Origin: an uncultured cyanobacterium
Lineage (GTDB): Bacteria > Cyanobacteriota > Cyanobacteriia > PCC-6307 > Cyanobiaceae
Direction of reading: 5' to 3'
Assembly: GCA_963765575.1 (NCBI GenBank)
Contig: CAVXWZ010000002.1
Coordinates: 352,001-416,000 of the forward strand
DNA length: 64,000 nucleotides
In this document: positions 9,692 to 20,551 of the stretch, in pieces
How the letters are laid out: each line of letters opens with the position of its first letter
Numbering within the stretch: position 1 is the first letter of the stretch
The notes under the pieces: generated by a model
Databases searched by the model: none
What the model saw: only the letters and a program-made list of their open reading frames with translations
What the model was told of the DNA's origin: nothing
Translations under genes and position numbers: made by a program

Positions 9692-11406
9692 GACAAGGTG
9701 TGCTGGGAGGCCGCACGGCGGGCCTGAGGCCATCCCAGCGCCGGCGGCTGGAGCAGCTCTGCCACCGCCGCCACCCGCCAGCGGCGGTGGCAGAGCTGCT
9801 CAGCCTGCAACGTCTGGCGGCCGAGAGCCGCGACCTGGGGCTGCCACTCACCCTGGTGATCGATGGCCGCGGCCTCTGTCGCCTGCTCTGGGTGGGCCCC
9901 CTGCAGGCCTGGGGCCAGAGCAACGAAGGCCTGCCAGGAGCCCGGCGCGGCCAGGCCAGAGATCTGCGCCTGGTGACGTGTTGTGGCCGCGGCCGGCGCC
10001 TGGCGCCGGACCGGCTGGAGGGGGTGGCGGCCCTCGACCTCGAGCCGCTGCTGTGGCTGCGCTACGGGGACCAGGCAAGCGCGGGGGGCCAGTGGCCGGC
10101 CCTGCTGCTTGAGGCCAGCCGGGCCAGCACTGAACCCTGGCCGGTGAGTGAGCAAGGCGAACTGGCCCGGCTGTGCGGCATCGATCCCCAGAGCCTTTCC
10201 GGCTCCGGCGGCCCCCTGCAGGATTGCGAGGCCGAGAGCGCCGGGCCCGTCGCCGCAGCGGCTGAGGGCCATGGCGAACGGGTGTTGCTGCTGGCCCTCA
10301 GCCCCGCCGACCGCGGCCTGGCCCAGCGCCGGATCGGTGAGCTGGAGGGACTGGTTCGCAGTGCCGGAGCCGATCCGGTGGGGGTGGTGGAGCAGCGCCG
10401 CAGCCAGCTGACACCCCAGACGATCTGGGGGGAGGGCAAGCTCGGCGAAGCCGCTCTCGAAGCCCGCAGGGTGCGGGCCACGCTGGTGGTGACCGACCGG
10501 GAGCTGACACCGGTGCAGGGCCGCAATCTCGAGCGCCTGCTGGATCTGCCGCTGAGCGACCGCAGTGAGCTGATTCTCGACATCTTTGCCCAGCGCGCCG
10601 CCAGTGCCGCCGGCCGCCTGCAGGTGGAGCTGGCCCAGCTGCGCTATCGCCTGCCCAGGCTGCTGGGGCGAGGGCGCAGCCTCTCCCGCCAAGGGGGCGG
10701 CATCGGTACCCGCGGACCCGGCGAAACCCAGCTGGAGAAAGACCGACGGGCCATCGCCCGCCGCATCGAGCGGCTCCAGCGGCAGGCCCGGGAGCTGGGG
10801 GAACACCGGGCTCGACTGCGGGAGCGGCGGCAGTCGCTGCGGCGCCTGGCCCTGGTGGGTTACACCAATGCCGGCAAGAGTTCCCTGCTCAATGCCCTGG
10901 GCCGGGGCGGCAGCCGCCAGGCGGTGCTGGCCGAGGACAAGCTGTTCGCCACCCTCGACCCCACCACCCGGCGCATCGAGCTGGCGGCTGCCGCCGGGGG
11001 CGCCCCCACGCCGGTGCTGATCACCGACACGGTGGGCTTCATCCGCGACCTGCCGCCACAGCTGCTGGAGGCCTTCCGCTCCACCCTTGAGGAAACCCTC
11101 GCCGCCGAAGGGCTGCTGGTGGTGGTGGATCTGAGCGATCCAGCCTGGCCCGACCAGCTGCGCACCGTGCACGCCATTCTCGACAGCCTGGGTTCGACAG
11201 CCCCCCGGCGGCTGGTGGCCAACCAGATCGACCGCTGCACAGCCGGCGAGCTGGAGCGCGCCCGGGCGCTCGATCCCGGCGTCCTGTTCGTGTCGGCAAC
11301 GGCACGCCTCGGCCTCCAGCACCTGCGCTCCGAACTGCACGATTGGCCGCAGCGGACGGAGCTAGCTGGGATCCCACTAGAAGTACAGCACTCTGATGGG
11401 GAATAA
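9688..11406 (+). CDS. hflX: Ribosome-splitting GTPase HflX (long cyanobacterial form)
   Basis: LILDIFAQRA, GPGETQLEKDRR, GYTNAGKSSL, DKLFATLDPT, DTVGFIRDLP. Confidence 0.95.
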   Translation: MRQGVLGGRTAGLRPSQRRRLEQLCHRRHPPAAVAELLSLQRLAAESRDLGLPLTLVIDGRGLCRLLWVGPLQAWGQSNEGLPGARRGQARDLRLVTCCGRGRRLAPDRLEGVAALDLEPLLWLRYGDQASAGGQWPALLLEASRASTEPWPVSEQGELARLCGIDPQSLSGSGGPLQDCEAESAGPVAAAAEGHGERVLLLALSPADRGLAQRRIGELEGLVRSAGADPVGVVEQRRSQLTPQTIWGEGKLGEAALEARRVRATLVVTDRELTPVQGRNLERLLDLPLSDRSELILDIFAQRAASAAGRLQVELAQLRYRLPRLLGRGRSLSRQGGGIGTRGPGETQLEKDRRAIARRIERLQRQARELGEHRARLRERRQSLRRLALVGYTNAGKSSLLNALGRGGSRQAVLAEDKLFATLDPTTRRIELAAAAGGAPTPVLITDTVGFIRDLPPQLLEAFRSTLEETLAAEGLLVVVDLSDPAWPDQLRTVHAILDSLGSTAPRRLVANQIDRCTAGELERARALDPGVLFVSATARLGLQHLRSELHDWPQRTELAGIPLEVQHSDGE

Positions 11407-11506
11407 GTTGCCTCAGCGCACCAGCAAGGCCAGAAAGGAGCTTGGCACTGGCGATTCAGGGGCATTCATTCCCGAGTATTGAAGTGGCATATAGTGATTC
11501 GCCAGC

Positions 11507-13342
11507 GTGGCCGTTCCCGGCCTGGCCATGATCGCCCCACTCCCGGCCGGCTTCCAGCCCGATGCCGTCATCACCCTGGTGGTGCTGGCCGGGTCGGTGC
11601 TGCTGTTCATCAGTGGCCGCCTGGCTCCGGAAGTCACCGGGCTGCTGGCGGCCGGGCTCCTGATCGCCACCGGCGTGCTCACCCCCAACGAGGCCCTGCG
11701 GGGCTTCGGCAGCCCGGCCCTGATCACCCTGCTGGGCCTGTTCGCCCTCTCAGCTGGCCTGTTCCGCTCGGGGGGGCTTGACCGGCTGCGGGCGCTGATC
11801 GGCTCTGACGCCATCCGCAGTCCGAAGCGCATGATCGCGTTGATGGCCGGGGTGGTGGGGCCGGTCTCCGCCTTCATTCCCAACACCCCGATCGTGGCCA
11901 CCCTGCTGCCGGTGGTGGAGGGCTGGTGCCACCGGCGCGGCATCTCTCCCTCCAAGGTGCTGCTGCCGCTGTCGTTCTCCACCGTGCTCGGGGGCACCCT
12001 CACCCTGCTCGGCAGCTCGGTGAACCTGCTCGCCGGGGAGGTGAGCGACAAGCTCGGCTACGGCGGATTTGAGCTGTTCAGCTTCACGGGCATCGGCGTG
12101 GGCGTTTGGCTGGCTGGCAGCCTGGTGATGGTGGTGATGGCCGATCGCCTGCTTCCCGACCGCGGCTACGACGAGGACGAGCTGATGGCCAGCCTCTCCA
12201 GCGGTGGCTACCTCACTGAGGTGGAGATCCCCCGCGGCTCGGAACTGATCGGCCAGTCCCTGCATGGCAGCCGCCTGCAGCGGCGCTACGACGTGGACGT
12301 GCTGGAGCTGCACCGGGACGACGGCCGCTTTCTGCCCCCCCTGGCGGATCGCACCTTGAAGCGGGGAGACCGTCTGCTGCTGCGCTGCTCCCGGGCGGAT
12401 CTGCTGCGCCTGCAGCAGGAGCGCACGGTGGTGCTGGCCCCCACCCCGGAGGACAAGGACAAGGGGCGCGTCGACGATCTGCTGAACAGCCAGCGCACGG
12501 TGGAGGTGCTGCTGCCCTCCGGCTCCACCCTGGCCGGCGACTGCCTGCGGGATCTGCGCTTCCGCCAGCGCTACAACGCCACGGTGCTGGCCCTGCGGCG
12601 GGGCAATGCCGTGCTGCGGGAACGGCTGGGCCAGGCCGTGCTGCGCGAGGGTGATGTGCTGCTGCTGCAGGGCCCGCGGGATGCCATCCGGGGCCTGCAG
12701 GCCAACAACGACCTGGTGGTGCTGGAGCAGCTGGAGAAGGACCTGCCCAGCATCAGCCACAAGGGCATCGCCCTCACCATCACCGCCCTGGTGATCGTGG
12801 TCTCGGGCCTGGGCTGGATCCCCCTGGTGGCCGCGGTGCTGCTCGGTACGGCGGCGATGGTGGCCAGCGGCTGTCTGCGCCCCGGCGAACTGCAGCGGGC
12901 CATCCGCCTGGATGTGATCCTGCTGCTCGGCTCCCTGGCCAGTTTCAGCGTCGCCTTGCAGAAAACCGGCCTCGCCGAGGCCATGGCCCAGGGGCTGCTG
13001 CAGGGCCTGCAGGGCTGGCCGATCTACAGAGCCCTGCTGGTCGTGTTCCTGTTCACAACCCTGCTCACGGAAGTGATGAGCAACGCCGCCACCGTGGTGC
13101 TGCTGATCCCGATCGCCGGGCAGCTGGGCCTGGGCCTGGGCTATCCCCCCCTGGCCTTCGTCTACGCGGTGCTGTTCGGAGCCAGCCAGAGCTTTCTCAG
13201 CCCAGTTGGCTACCAGACCAACCTGATGGTGTTCGGTCCTGGCCGTTATCGCTTCCTCGACATTCCCCGCTATGGCTTCCCACTCACGCTCACCATGACA
13301 CTGCTGGTGCCGTTTCTGATCTGCCGGCACTTCAACCTCTAG
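11507..13342 (+). CDS. SLC13/DASS family permease with two TrkA-C domains (Na+/sulfate or carboxylate symporter)
   Basis: Many TM helices, SAFIPNT, TEVMSNAAT, PVGYQTNLMVFGPGRY. Confidence 0.9.
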   Translation: MAVPGLAMIAPLPAGFQPDAVITLVVLAGSVLLFISGRLAPEVTGLLAAGLLIATGVLTPNEALRGFGSPALITLLGLFALSAGLFRSGGLDRLRALIGSDAIRSPKRMIALMAGVVGPVSAFIPNTPIVATLLPVVEGWCHRRGISPSKVLLPLSFSTVLGGTLTLLGSSVNLLAGEVSDKLGYGGFELFSFTGIGVGVWLAGSLVMVVMADRLLPDRGYDEDELMASLSSGGYLTEVEIPRGSELIGQSLHGSRLQRRYDVDVLELHRDDGRFLPPLADRTLKRGDRLLLRCSRADLLRLQQERTVVLAPTPEDKDKGRVDDLLNSQRTVEVLLPSGSTLAGDCLRDLRFRQRYNATVLALRRGNAVLRERLGQAVLREGDVLLLQGPRDAIRGLQANNDLVVLEQLEKDLPSISHKGIALTITALVIVVSGLGWIPLVAAVLLGTAAMVASGCLRPGELQRAIRLDVILLLGSLASFSVALQKTGLAEAMAQGLLQGLQGWPIYRALLVVFLFTTLLTEVMSNAATVVLLIPIAGQLGLGLGYPPLAFVYAVLFGASQSFLSPVGYQTNLMVFGPGRYRFLDIPRYGFPLTLTMTLLVPFLICRHFNL

Positions 13343-13422
13343 GGTCAGTGCAGGCAGCCGCGTCAGCGCATCACCACGTCTAAATTTTCAACGTCCTCCC
13401 TTCGTCTTCAATCGTCTCTGTC

Positions 13423-14058
13423 ATGAGCCTTCAACTCGGCGACACCGTGCCCGACTTCAGCCAGAACTCCCAGCTGGGCCCGATCAACTTCTACGACTTC
13501 GCTGGCGACAGCTGGGTGGTGCTGTTCTCCCACCCTGCCGACTACACCCCTGTCTGCACCACCGAACTCGGTGAGGTGTCGCGCCTGCGCCCGGAGTGGG
13601 AGAAGCGCAACGTCAAAACCATTGCCCTCAGCGTTGATTCTGCGGAGAGCCACAAGGGCTGGATCGGCGACATCAACGAAACCCAGTCAACCAGCGTGGA
13701 TTATCCCATTCTGGCCGACGAGGACAAGAAGGTTTCTGATCTCTACGGGATGATCCACCCCAACGCCCTCAACAACCTCACGGTGCGCTCGGTGTTCATC
13801 ATCGATCCCAACAGGAAGCTGCGCCTGCAGATCACCTACCCCGCCAGCACCGGCCGCAACTTCGATGAGATCCTGCGGGTGATCGACTCGCTGCAACTCA
13901 CCGACTACCACCAGGTCGCCACCCCGGTGAACTGGAAGGACGGTGACGACTGCGTGGTGGTGCCCTCCATTCCCACCGACCAGGCCCGCAGCAAATTCCC
14001 CAAGGGAGTCACGGAGATCAAGCCCTACCTGCGCATGACGCCCCAGCCCAACAAGTGA
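13423..14058 (+). CDS. 1-Cys peroxiredoxin (Prx6)
   Basis: FSHPADYTPVCTTELG, YPASTGRNFDEILR. Confidence 0.95.
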   Translation: MSLQLGDTVPDFSQNSQLGPINFYDFAGDSWVVLFSHPADYTPVCTTELGEVSRLRPEWEKRNVKTIALSVDSAESHKGWIGDINETQSTSVDYPILADEDKKVSDLYGMIHPNALNNLTVRSVFIIDPNRKLRLQITYPASTGRNFDEILRVIDSLQLTDYHQVATPVNWKDGDDCVVVPSIPTDQARSKFPKGVTEIKPYLRMTPQPNK

Positions 14059-15239
14059 ACCGAGGCAGGCCAGGGGCGATGGCGGTGCTGGGGCTGATGA
14101 GCGGCACCAGCGCCGACGGGGTGGATGTGGTGCTGGCCCACTTCGCCGGCCCCTGCCACCGCCCCCGCTGGCGGATCCTGGCCGGCCACTCCACCCCCTA
14201 CCCCGACCCCCTGCGCCGGGAGCTGGTGGCGGTGGGCCAGGGGGCCGCGCGCAGCAGCGCCGAACTGCTGGATCTGGCCGAGGCCGTCACGGAACTCCAG
14301 GCGGCGGCCGCCCGGGCCTGCGACCCCGGCGGCCAGGCCCAGCTGGTGGGCTGCCACGGCCAGACCATCTGGCATCGCCCCCCCGCCAGGGGCCGGCGGG
14401 GAGCCAGTTGGCAGCTGCTGCAGGGCCCCCTGCTGGCGCAGTTGCTGCAGCGGCCGGTGGTCCACGACCTGCGGGCCGCCGACCTGGCCCTGGGGGGGCA
14501 GGGGGCTCCCCTGGTGCCGGCGGCCGACGAGGCCCTGCTAGGCCGCATCGGCGGCTGGCGGGCCGTCCTGAATCTCGGCGGCATCGCCAATCTCACCCTG
14601 ATCCCACCCCGCAGCGGCCCCGACCGCCACCAGGCCGTGCGGGGCTGGGACTGCGGCCCCGCCAACACCCTGCTGGACCTGGCCGTGGGTCACTTCAGCG
14701 GCGGACAAGAGAGCTTCGATGCCGGCGGCGCCTGGGCCAGCCGCGGGCGGGTGGACGAGGGCAGCCTGGCGGGATGGCTGCAGGAGCCCTACCTGCAGCG
14801 GAGCGGGCCGAAGTCCACCGGCCGCGAGCTGTTCGGACAGGCCGATCTGGAGCGTCGCCTGGGTGACCTGGAGCAGGCAGCAGCCCAGGGGGGGGGAGGC
14901 CTGCAAGCGGCCGACGCCCTGGCCACCCTCACGGCCTTCAGCGCCGCCGTTGTGGCCCAGGACCTGGAGCGTGGTCCCAGGCCGGTGGAGCTGCTGGTGG
15001 CGGGCGGCGGCAGCCGCAATGGAATGCTGATGGCCGAGTTGCGGCGGCGCTGCCCAGGGGTGATCGTCAGGCCCCTGGCGGAGCTGGGCATCGCAGACTC
15101 CCAGCGGGAGGCCCTGGCCTTCGCCCTGCTGGCCTGGTGGCACCGGCATCACCATGGCGGCAATGCCCCCTCGATCACCGGCGCACGCCGGACGGCGGTG
15201 CTGGGGGTGAGCGCCGAACCGGCCGGACCAGCGTCCTAG
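14055..15239 (+). CDS. anmK: Anhydro-N-acetylmuramic acid kinase
   Basis: GLMSGTSADGVD, GCHGQTIWH, GGQGAPLVP, NLGGIAN, DCGPAN, KSTGRELF. Confidence 0.95.
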   Translation: MNRGRPGAMAVLGLMSGTSADGVDVVLAHFAGPCHRPRWRILAGHSTPYPDPLRRELVAVGQGAARSSAELLDLAEAVTELQAAAARACDPGGQAQLVGCHGQTIWHRPPARGRRGASWQLLQGPLLAQLLQRPVVHDLRAADLALGGQGAPLVPAADEALLGRIGGWRAVLNLGGIANLTLIPPRSGPDRHQAVRGWDCGPANTLLDLAVGHFSGGQESFDAGGAWASRGRVDEGSLAGWLQEPYLQRSGPKSTGRELFGQADLERRLGDLEQAAAQGGGGLQAADALATLTAFSAAVVAQDLERGPRPVELLVAGGGSRNGMLMAELRRRCPGVIVRPLAELGIADSQREALAFALLAWWHRHHHGGNAPSITGARRTAVLGVSAEPAGPAS

Positions 15240-15532
15240 TCAGGCCGCTGGAGGCGCAGGCGCCGCGGTGCCGCCCGCAGCCGTTGGGGGCGCTGACGCT
15301 CCAGCTGGCTGCGGAAGCGCGCGGCCGCCGCCGCATCCGCTGCGGCTGGCTGGGAGCGCTGGCCCTCGAAGCGCTCCACACCCTGCTGGATCAGCACCCG
15401 GGCCATGTTGCTCACGGTGCGGGCCTCGAGATCCGCCAACACGGCCAGCCGGCGGCAGAGATCTTCCGGGAGGACCACCTGGATCCTGGGCGACTTGGGC
15501 CGCCCGCTGGAGGAGGTTTGCCGCGTGGCCAC
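15236..15532 (-). CDS. Ribbon-helix-helix domain protein
   Basis: PRIQVVLPEDLCRRLAVLADLEARTVSNMARVLIQQGV fits the RHH/CopG pattern. Confidence 0.8.
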   Translation of the reverse strand: MATRQTSSSGRPKSPRIQVVLPEDLCRRLAVLADLEARTVSNMARVLIQQGVERFEGQRSQPAAADAAAAARFRSQLERQRPQRLRAAPRRLRLQRPD

Positions 15533-15724
15533 GCCTGGGATGACGACGAAGGATCAGGGAACCGGAACGCAGAGCCGATCGGGACTGGGCAGGACGCAGG
15601 GATGCTTCCGGATCCTGATGAGTGTAGTCGGATGCGCTTGGGTAGTATCCGTGTCTATGCTGCCGGCAGAGATCCGCTCACCCGCTCCCTCGGATCCCGT
15701 GCGGTTTCAGCCCTGAGGTTTCCC

Positions 15725-15976
15725 ATGCCCAAAACCCGCGAGCAGCGCCAGGCCGAGCGCAGTGACGTGCTGGTGTCGGCCGTGATCAGCACCTACCTGC
15801 TCACCCACCTGCACCACGTGCTGCAACGGGCGGAGTACGGAGCCCAGCAGGACGGGCGCAAGGCCCTGGCCGCCAACTACGCCCAGCTGCGCAAGGTGCT
15901 CTGCCTCGACGCCCGCAGCATGGAGGATGCCTCAGCCAGCGGCACGCCGGTGAGCGACAACCCCCAGGCCGCCTGA
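15725..15976 (+). CDS. Conserved hypothetical protein (83 aa)
   Basis: ATG at 15725, MPKTREQRQAERSDVLVSAVISTYLLTHLHHVLQRAEY; strong GC3 bias. The track ORF starting at 15137 is over-extended. Confidence 0.75.
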   Translation: MPKTREQRQAERSDVLVSAVISTYLLTHLHHVLQRAEYGAQQDGRKALAANYAQLRKVLCLDARSMEDASASGTPVSDNPQAA

Positions 15977-16056
15977 AGTCTCGATTCGGCCATCTGTAAC
16001 GGCAGGCTGCCGGAGCCCCACGGCACCCATAGGGTCAGAACAAACGGCCCGCCGCC

Positions 16057-16344
16057 ATGAGCACCAGCAGCCCCCAACCGCCTGCTTCAGACGCCCCCGC
16101 CAATCCCCCCAGCGCCGGAGCCAACGCCCCGGCCCTGTATGCCCGGCTCAGCGCTGACACCGCCCTCACCCAGTCCCTGTTCCGGCAGGCGCTGCAGGAT
16201 CCCGGCGGGGCCCTCGATCGCATCGTCGCCCTCGGCCAGGAGCTCGGTTTGCCGGTGAGCCGCGAGGAGGTGAAGGCCCATGTGGCCTCCCTCGATGATT
16301 CCGCCAGCAAACAGTGGCTGCTCAAGGCCCGTGGCGGCCTCTGA
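16057..16344 (+). CDS. Hypothetical protein with Nif11-like helical pattern, ending ARGGL
   Basis: IVALGQELGLPVSREEV resembles the Nif11 leader motif; good codon bias. Confidence 0.7.
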   Translation: MSTSSPQPPASDAPANPPSAGANAPALYARLSADTALTQSLFRQALQDPGGALDRIVALGQELGLPVSREEVKAHVASLDDSASKQWLLKARGGL

Positions 16345-16470
16345 GCGCGGCGAGCGAGCCGGACGGTTGACACCGCCGCCCTGGGCCCAGCTGAAGAACA
16401 GCCAGTAGCTCACGATCGCCAGACCCGCCGCCACCACCAGCGCCGCAACCTGTTCCAGGCGTCTGATCAT
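16087..16470 (-). CDS. Small membrane protein (MIRRLEQVAALVVAAGLAIVSYWLFFSWAQGGG); as read, its tail runs antisense through the neighbouring gene
   Basis: ATG at 16470 followed by one clear TM helix; the first in-frame stop is at 16087, so the real 3' end is uncertain. Confidence 0.55.
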   Translation of the reverse strand: MIRRLEQVAALVVAAGLAIVSYWLFFSWAQGGGVNRPARSPRSEAATGLEQPLFAGGIIEGGHMGLHLLAAHRQTELLAEGDDAIEGPAGILQRLPEQGLGEGGVSAEPGIQGRGVGSGAGGIGGGV

Positions 16471-16614
16471 CGAGAACCAAAGGCGGCTTGCTGAAGTCTG
16501 ACCGAGCCGGTGCGTCCGGGTTGGGGGCAGCAGCTGCGGCACTGATGCGAAATGATGACGTGGGGTTGCCGTTCCTGCGGCGACCGCCTGTCCCCCATCC
16601 CCCCTCTCCGCCCA

Positions 16615-18342
<1,728 letters not shown>

Positions 18343-18384
18343 GCGACGCCCCAGGCGCGGAAACGGACACAGAACGGAAAGCTT

Positions 18385-18425
18385 GTCGCAACCGCTACGC
18401 AAGAACTTGCAACAGTTTGTAGCTT
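18385..18425 (+). promoter_or_regulatory. Putative NtcA-activated promoter (GTC-N8-TAC, 21 nt, TAGCTT)
   Basis: GTCGCAACCGCTAC at 18385-18398 and a TAN3T box at 18420-18425 upstream of the nblA-like gene. Confidence 0.5.
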
Positions 18426-18457
18426 TAGCGCCGTACAAGCCCATTCTGGAGTCCGCC

Positions 18458-18685
18458 ATGACCCAACCCCTCGCCCTCTCCCTCGGCCAGCAGTTCGAAC
18501 TGGAGCGCATGAGCCGGGCCATCGACGAAACGGCCGACCCCGAAGTGCTCCAGGGCATCGCCAAGCAGCTGCTCCAGGCCTGGCAAAGCCAGAAGGCCGC
18601 CACCCAGTGGGTGATGCGCCAGCAGCTCGGCGCACCCTCCACCCTGGCCACAAGCATGGCCGGAGAGCAGAATCAGGCGGCTTGA
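18458..18685 (+). CDS. nblA: NblA-like phycobilisome degradation adaptor
   Basis: 75 aa, LSLGQQFELERMSRAID...LQGIAKQLLQAWQSQKAATQWVM, two-helix NblA pattern. Confidence 0.65.
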   Translation: MTQPLALSLGQQFELERMSRAIDETADPEVLQGIAKQLLQAWQSQKAATQWVMRQQLGAPSTLATSMAGEQNQAA

Positions 18686-18710
18686 TCGATCCGGCCGCCG
18701 CTCCCCTCGA

Positions 18711-19886
18711 TCAGCGGCTCGTGGCCAGTTGGGATGGCACCACGTCGAGCCTCAGCATCTCCCCCTTGCGGTTGATGCTGAGGCTGAGTTGCCCCCCGAC
18801 ACCAGCCCGCTCCACCGCAGCCACCAGCTGGGAGGGCTCCACCACGACCTCGCCATCGGCCTCCACCACCACATCGCCCTGACGCAGGCCAGCCCGCTGG
18901 GCCGGGCTGTTGGCCACCACCGAGGCAATGCGAACGCCGCTCTTGAGCCCGGTGCCGTCACCGGGGCGGACGGCATCCAGGCCAATGCCGATCACCGGAT
19001 GACTCACCTTGCCGCTGGACACAAGCTGGCGGGCGATGTCGCGGGCTCTGTTGATCGGAATCGCAAAGCCCAGGCCAGCCCCGGGACCGCTGCGCACCAG
19101 GGTGTTGATGCCGATCACCTCGCCATCGGCGTTGAGCAGCGGGCCACCGGAATTGCCCGGATTGATGGCGGCGTCGGTCTGGATCAGATCCAGACGGCGG
19201 TCGGTGATGCCCAGCTTGGCGGCGTTGCGGTTGAGGTTGCTGATGATCCCCATGGTCACCGTGTTGTCCAGGCCATAGGGGTTGCCCACGGCGATCGCCC
19301 ACTCCCCCACCTCGAGGCGGTCGGAGTCCCCCAGGGGCGCCACGGGCCAGGGGCCACTGGCCTCGATGCGCACCACGGCCAGGTCGGTCAATCGATCCAG
19401 GCCCACCACGGTGCCCTCGACCCGGCGCCCGTCCTGGAGCCCCACCGTGACCCGGTCGGTCCGCTCGACAACGTGGGCATTGGTGAGCACGAGGCCGCCG
19501 GACTGAAAGATGAAACCGCTGCCCTGACCCCGCTCGGTGCGCTGGGATGGCGGGGATGGCCTGGCGGGCTGACCCTGCTGCGGCATCCCGAAGAACTGAC
19601 GAAAGATCGGATCGTCAAGCAGGGAGCTGGGCACACCGCCGCGGCCGGCCACCGCCACGGTGCGCTCAGTGTCGATGGTGACGACGGCAGGACTGGTGCG
19701 CCGCACGGCGGCGGCAACGAACGACTGCCGGCCCATGGCCGCAGCCAGGGGCGTGGAGGACGACGTGGCGGCGATCGCCGGGGCAGCCGAGGCCAGGGAC
19801 GCCGGCGCCCGGCTCAGCCCCGCCAGCAGCAGGGGAAGCAGGAGCAGGGGGGCGCGGACGGACGCCAGCTGATGTTGAAGAGACAT
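18711..19886 (-). CDS. HtrA/DegP family serine protease with one PDZ domain
   Basis: [32 protein letters not shown]-terminal PDZ; ATG at 19886. Confidence 0.93.
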   Translation of the reverse strand: MSLQHQLASVRAPLLLLPLLLAGLSRAPASLASAAPAIAATSSSTPLAAAMGRQSFVAAAVRRTSPAVVTIDTERTVAVAGRGGVPSSLLDDPIFRQFFGMPQQGQPARPSPPSQRTERGQGSGFIFQSGGLVLTNAHVVERTDRVTVGLQDGRRVEGTVVGLDRLTDLAVVRIEASGPWPVAPLGDSDRLEVGEWAIAVGNPYGLDNTVTMGIISNLNRNAAKLGITDRRLDLIQTDAAINPGNSGGPLLNADGEVIGINTLVRSGPGAGLGFAIPINRARDIARQLVSSGKVSHPVIGIGLDAVRPGDGTGLKSGVRIASVVANSPAQRAGLRQGDVVVEADGEVVVEPSQLVAAVERAGVGGQLSLSINRKGEMLRLDVVPSQLATSR

Positions 19887-20030
19887 GGCGGCAAGCTCCG
19901 CGCTGACCAGAGTGTTGCTTGGACCGTAAGCAGGCCAGGCACGCCTGCGAAAGGTGGGCAGACCGGCCCTGACTGTGCCCACCGTCCAGGCCGACAACTG
20001 TCTAAGGTGCTTTAAGAAATGTATCGAGCC

Positions 20031-20144
20031 ATGGACACCACCCGCCTTCTCTTGGCCTTCCTGGCTTTTGGCGCCGCCTGCACCACCCTCTGGGCCTGGA
20101 TGTTGGCCACCAATGGCAGCAATTCCAACGCAGCCGGGCAATGA
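20031..20144 (+). CDS. Putative 37-aa single-TM small protein
   Basis: [39 protein letters not shown]-rich promoter-like stretch at 20001-20025; fills an otherwise empty gap. Confidence 0.5.
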   Translation: MDTTRLLLAFLAFGAACTTLWAWMLATNGSNSNAAGQ

Positions 20145-20187
20145 TGGGAGAGTCGGCTTATCCCGCCCCAGCAGCGGCCCCTAGGCC

Positions 20188-20460
20188 ATGAACCCCATTC
20201 TCTCCCAGATCTTCCCGATCCTCTACGGAGCCTGCTTCCTGGCCCTGCTCTGGCAGGCCTTCCGGGTGATGGGCCAGGGCTACAAGGCGGCTTCCCACGA
20301 GGGCAGCGCCCCGCCCGAGGCCAGAGCCGATCGCACCGGGCGCTTGACGATTCACCCGGAGCTGCTTGATGCCGAGGGCCAGCTCACCGAGGAAGACCTG
20401 CTCACGGTGCGCTTCGGCGGCGACCAGGGGCGTTCCTCTCCCCCCTCCGATCCGAGCTGA
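20188..20460 (+). CDS. DUF2973 family protein
   Basis: LYGACFLALLWQAFRVM...HPELLDAEG...LLTVRF. Confidence 0.82.
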   Translation: MNPILSQIFPILYGACFLALLWQAFRVMGQGYKAASHEGSAPPEARADRTGRLTIHPELLDAEGQLTEEDLLTVRFGGDQGRSSPPSDPS

Positions 20461-20551
20461 GTACGCCCTGAATTTCCGTTGGGGTCCGTTCAGCGGCCAA
20501 TCGAGCTCAGGGTTTTGTCCGGCCCGACACCCCCACTGAATAGGCTCACTG

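Noticed and set aside
5707..14058. bcp, cysH, SLC13 permease and 1-Cys peroxiredoxin as a dedicated sulfur/redox system
   Set aside because: They are interleaved with unrelated core genes on both strands and show no shared regulatory motif.
15610..15660. CTGATGAG resembling a hammerhead ribozyme core (also near 26308)
   Set aside because: No stem II followed by GAAA and no closing stems.
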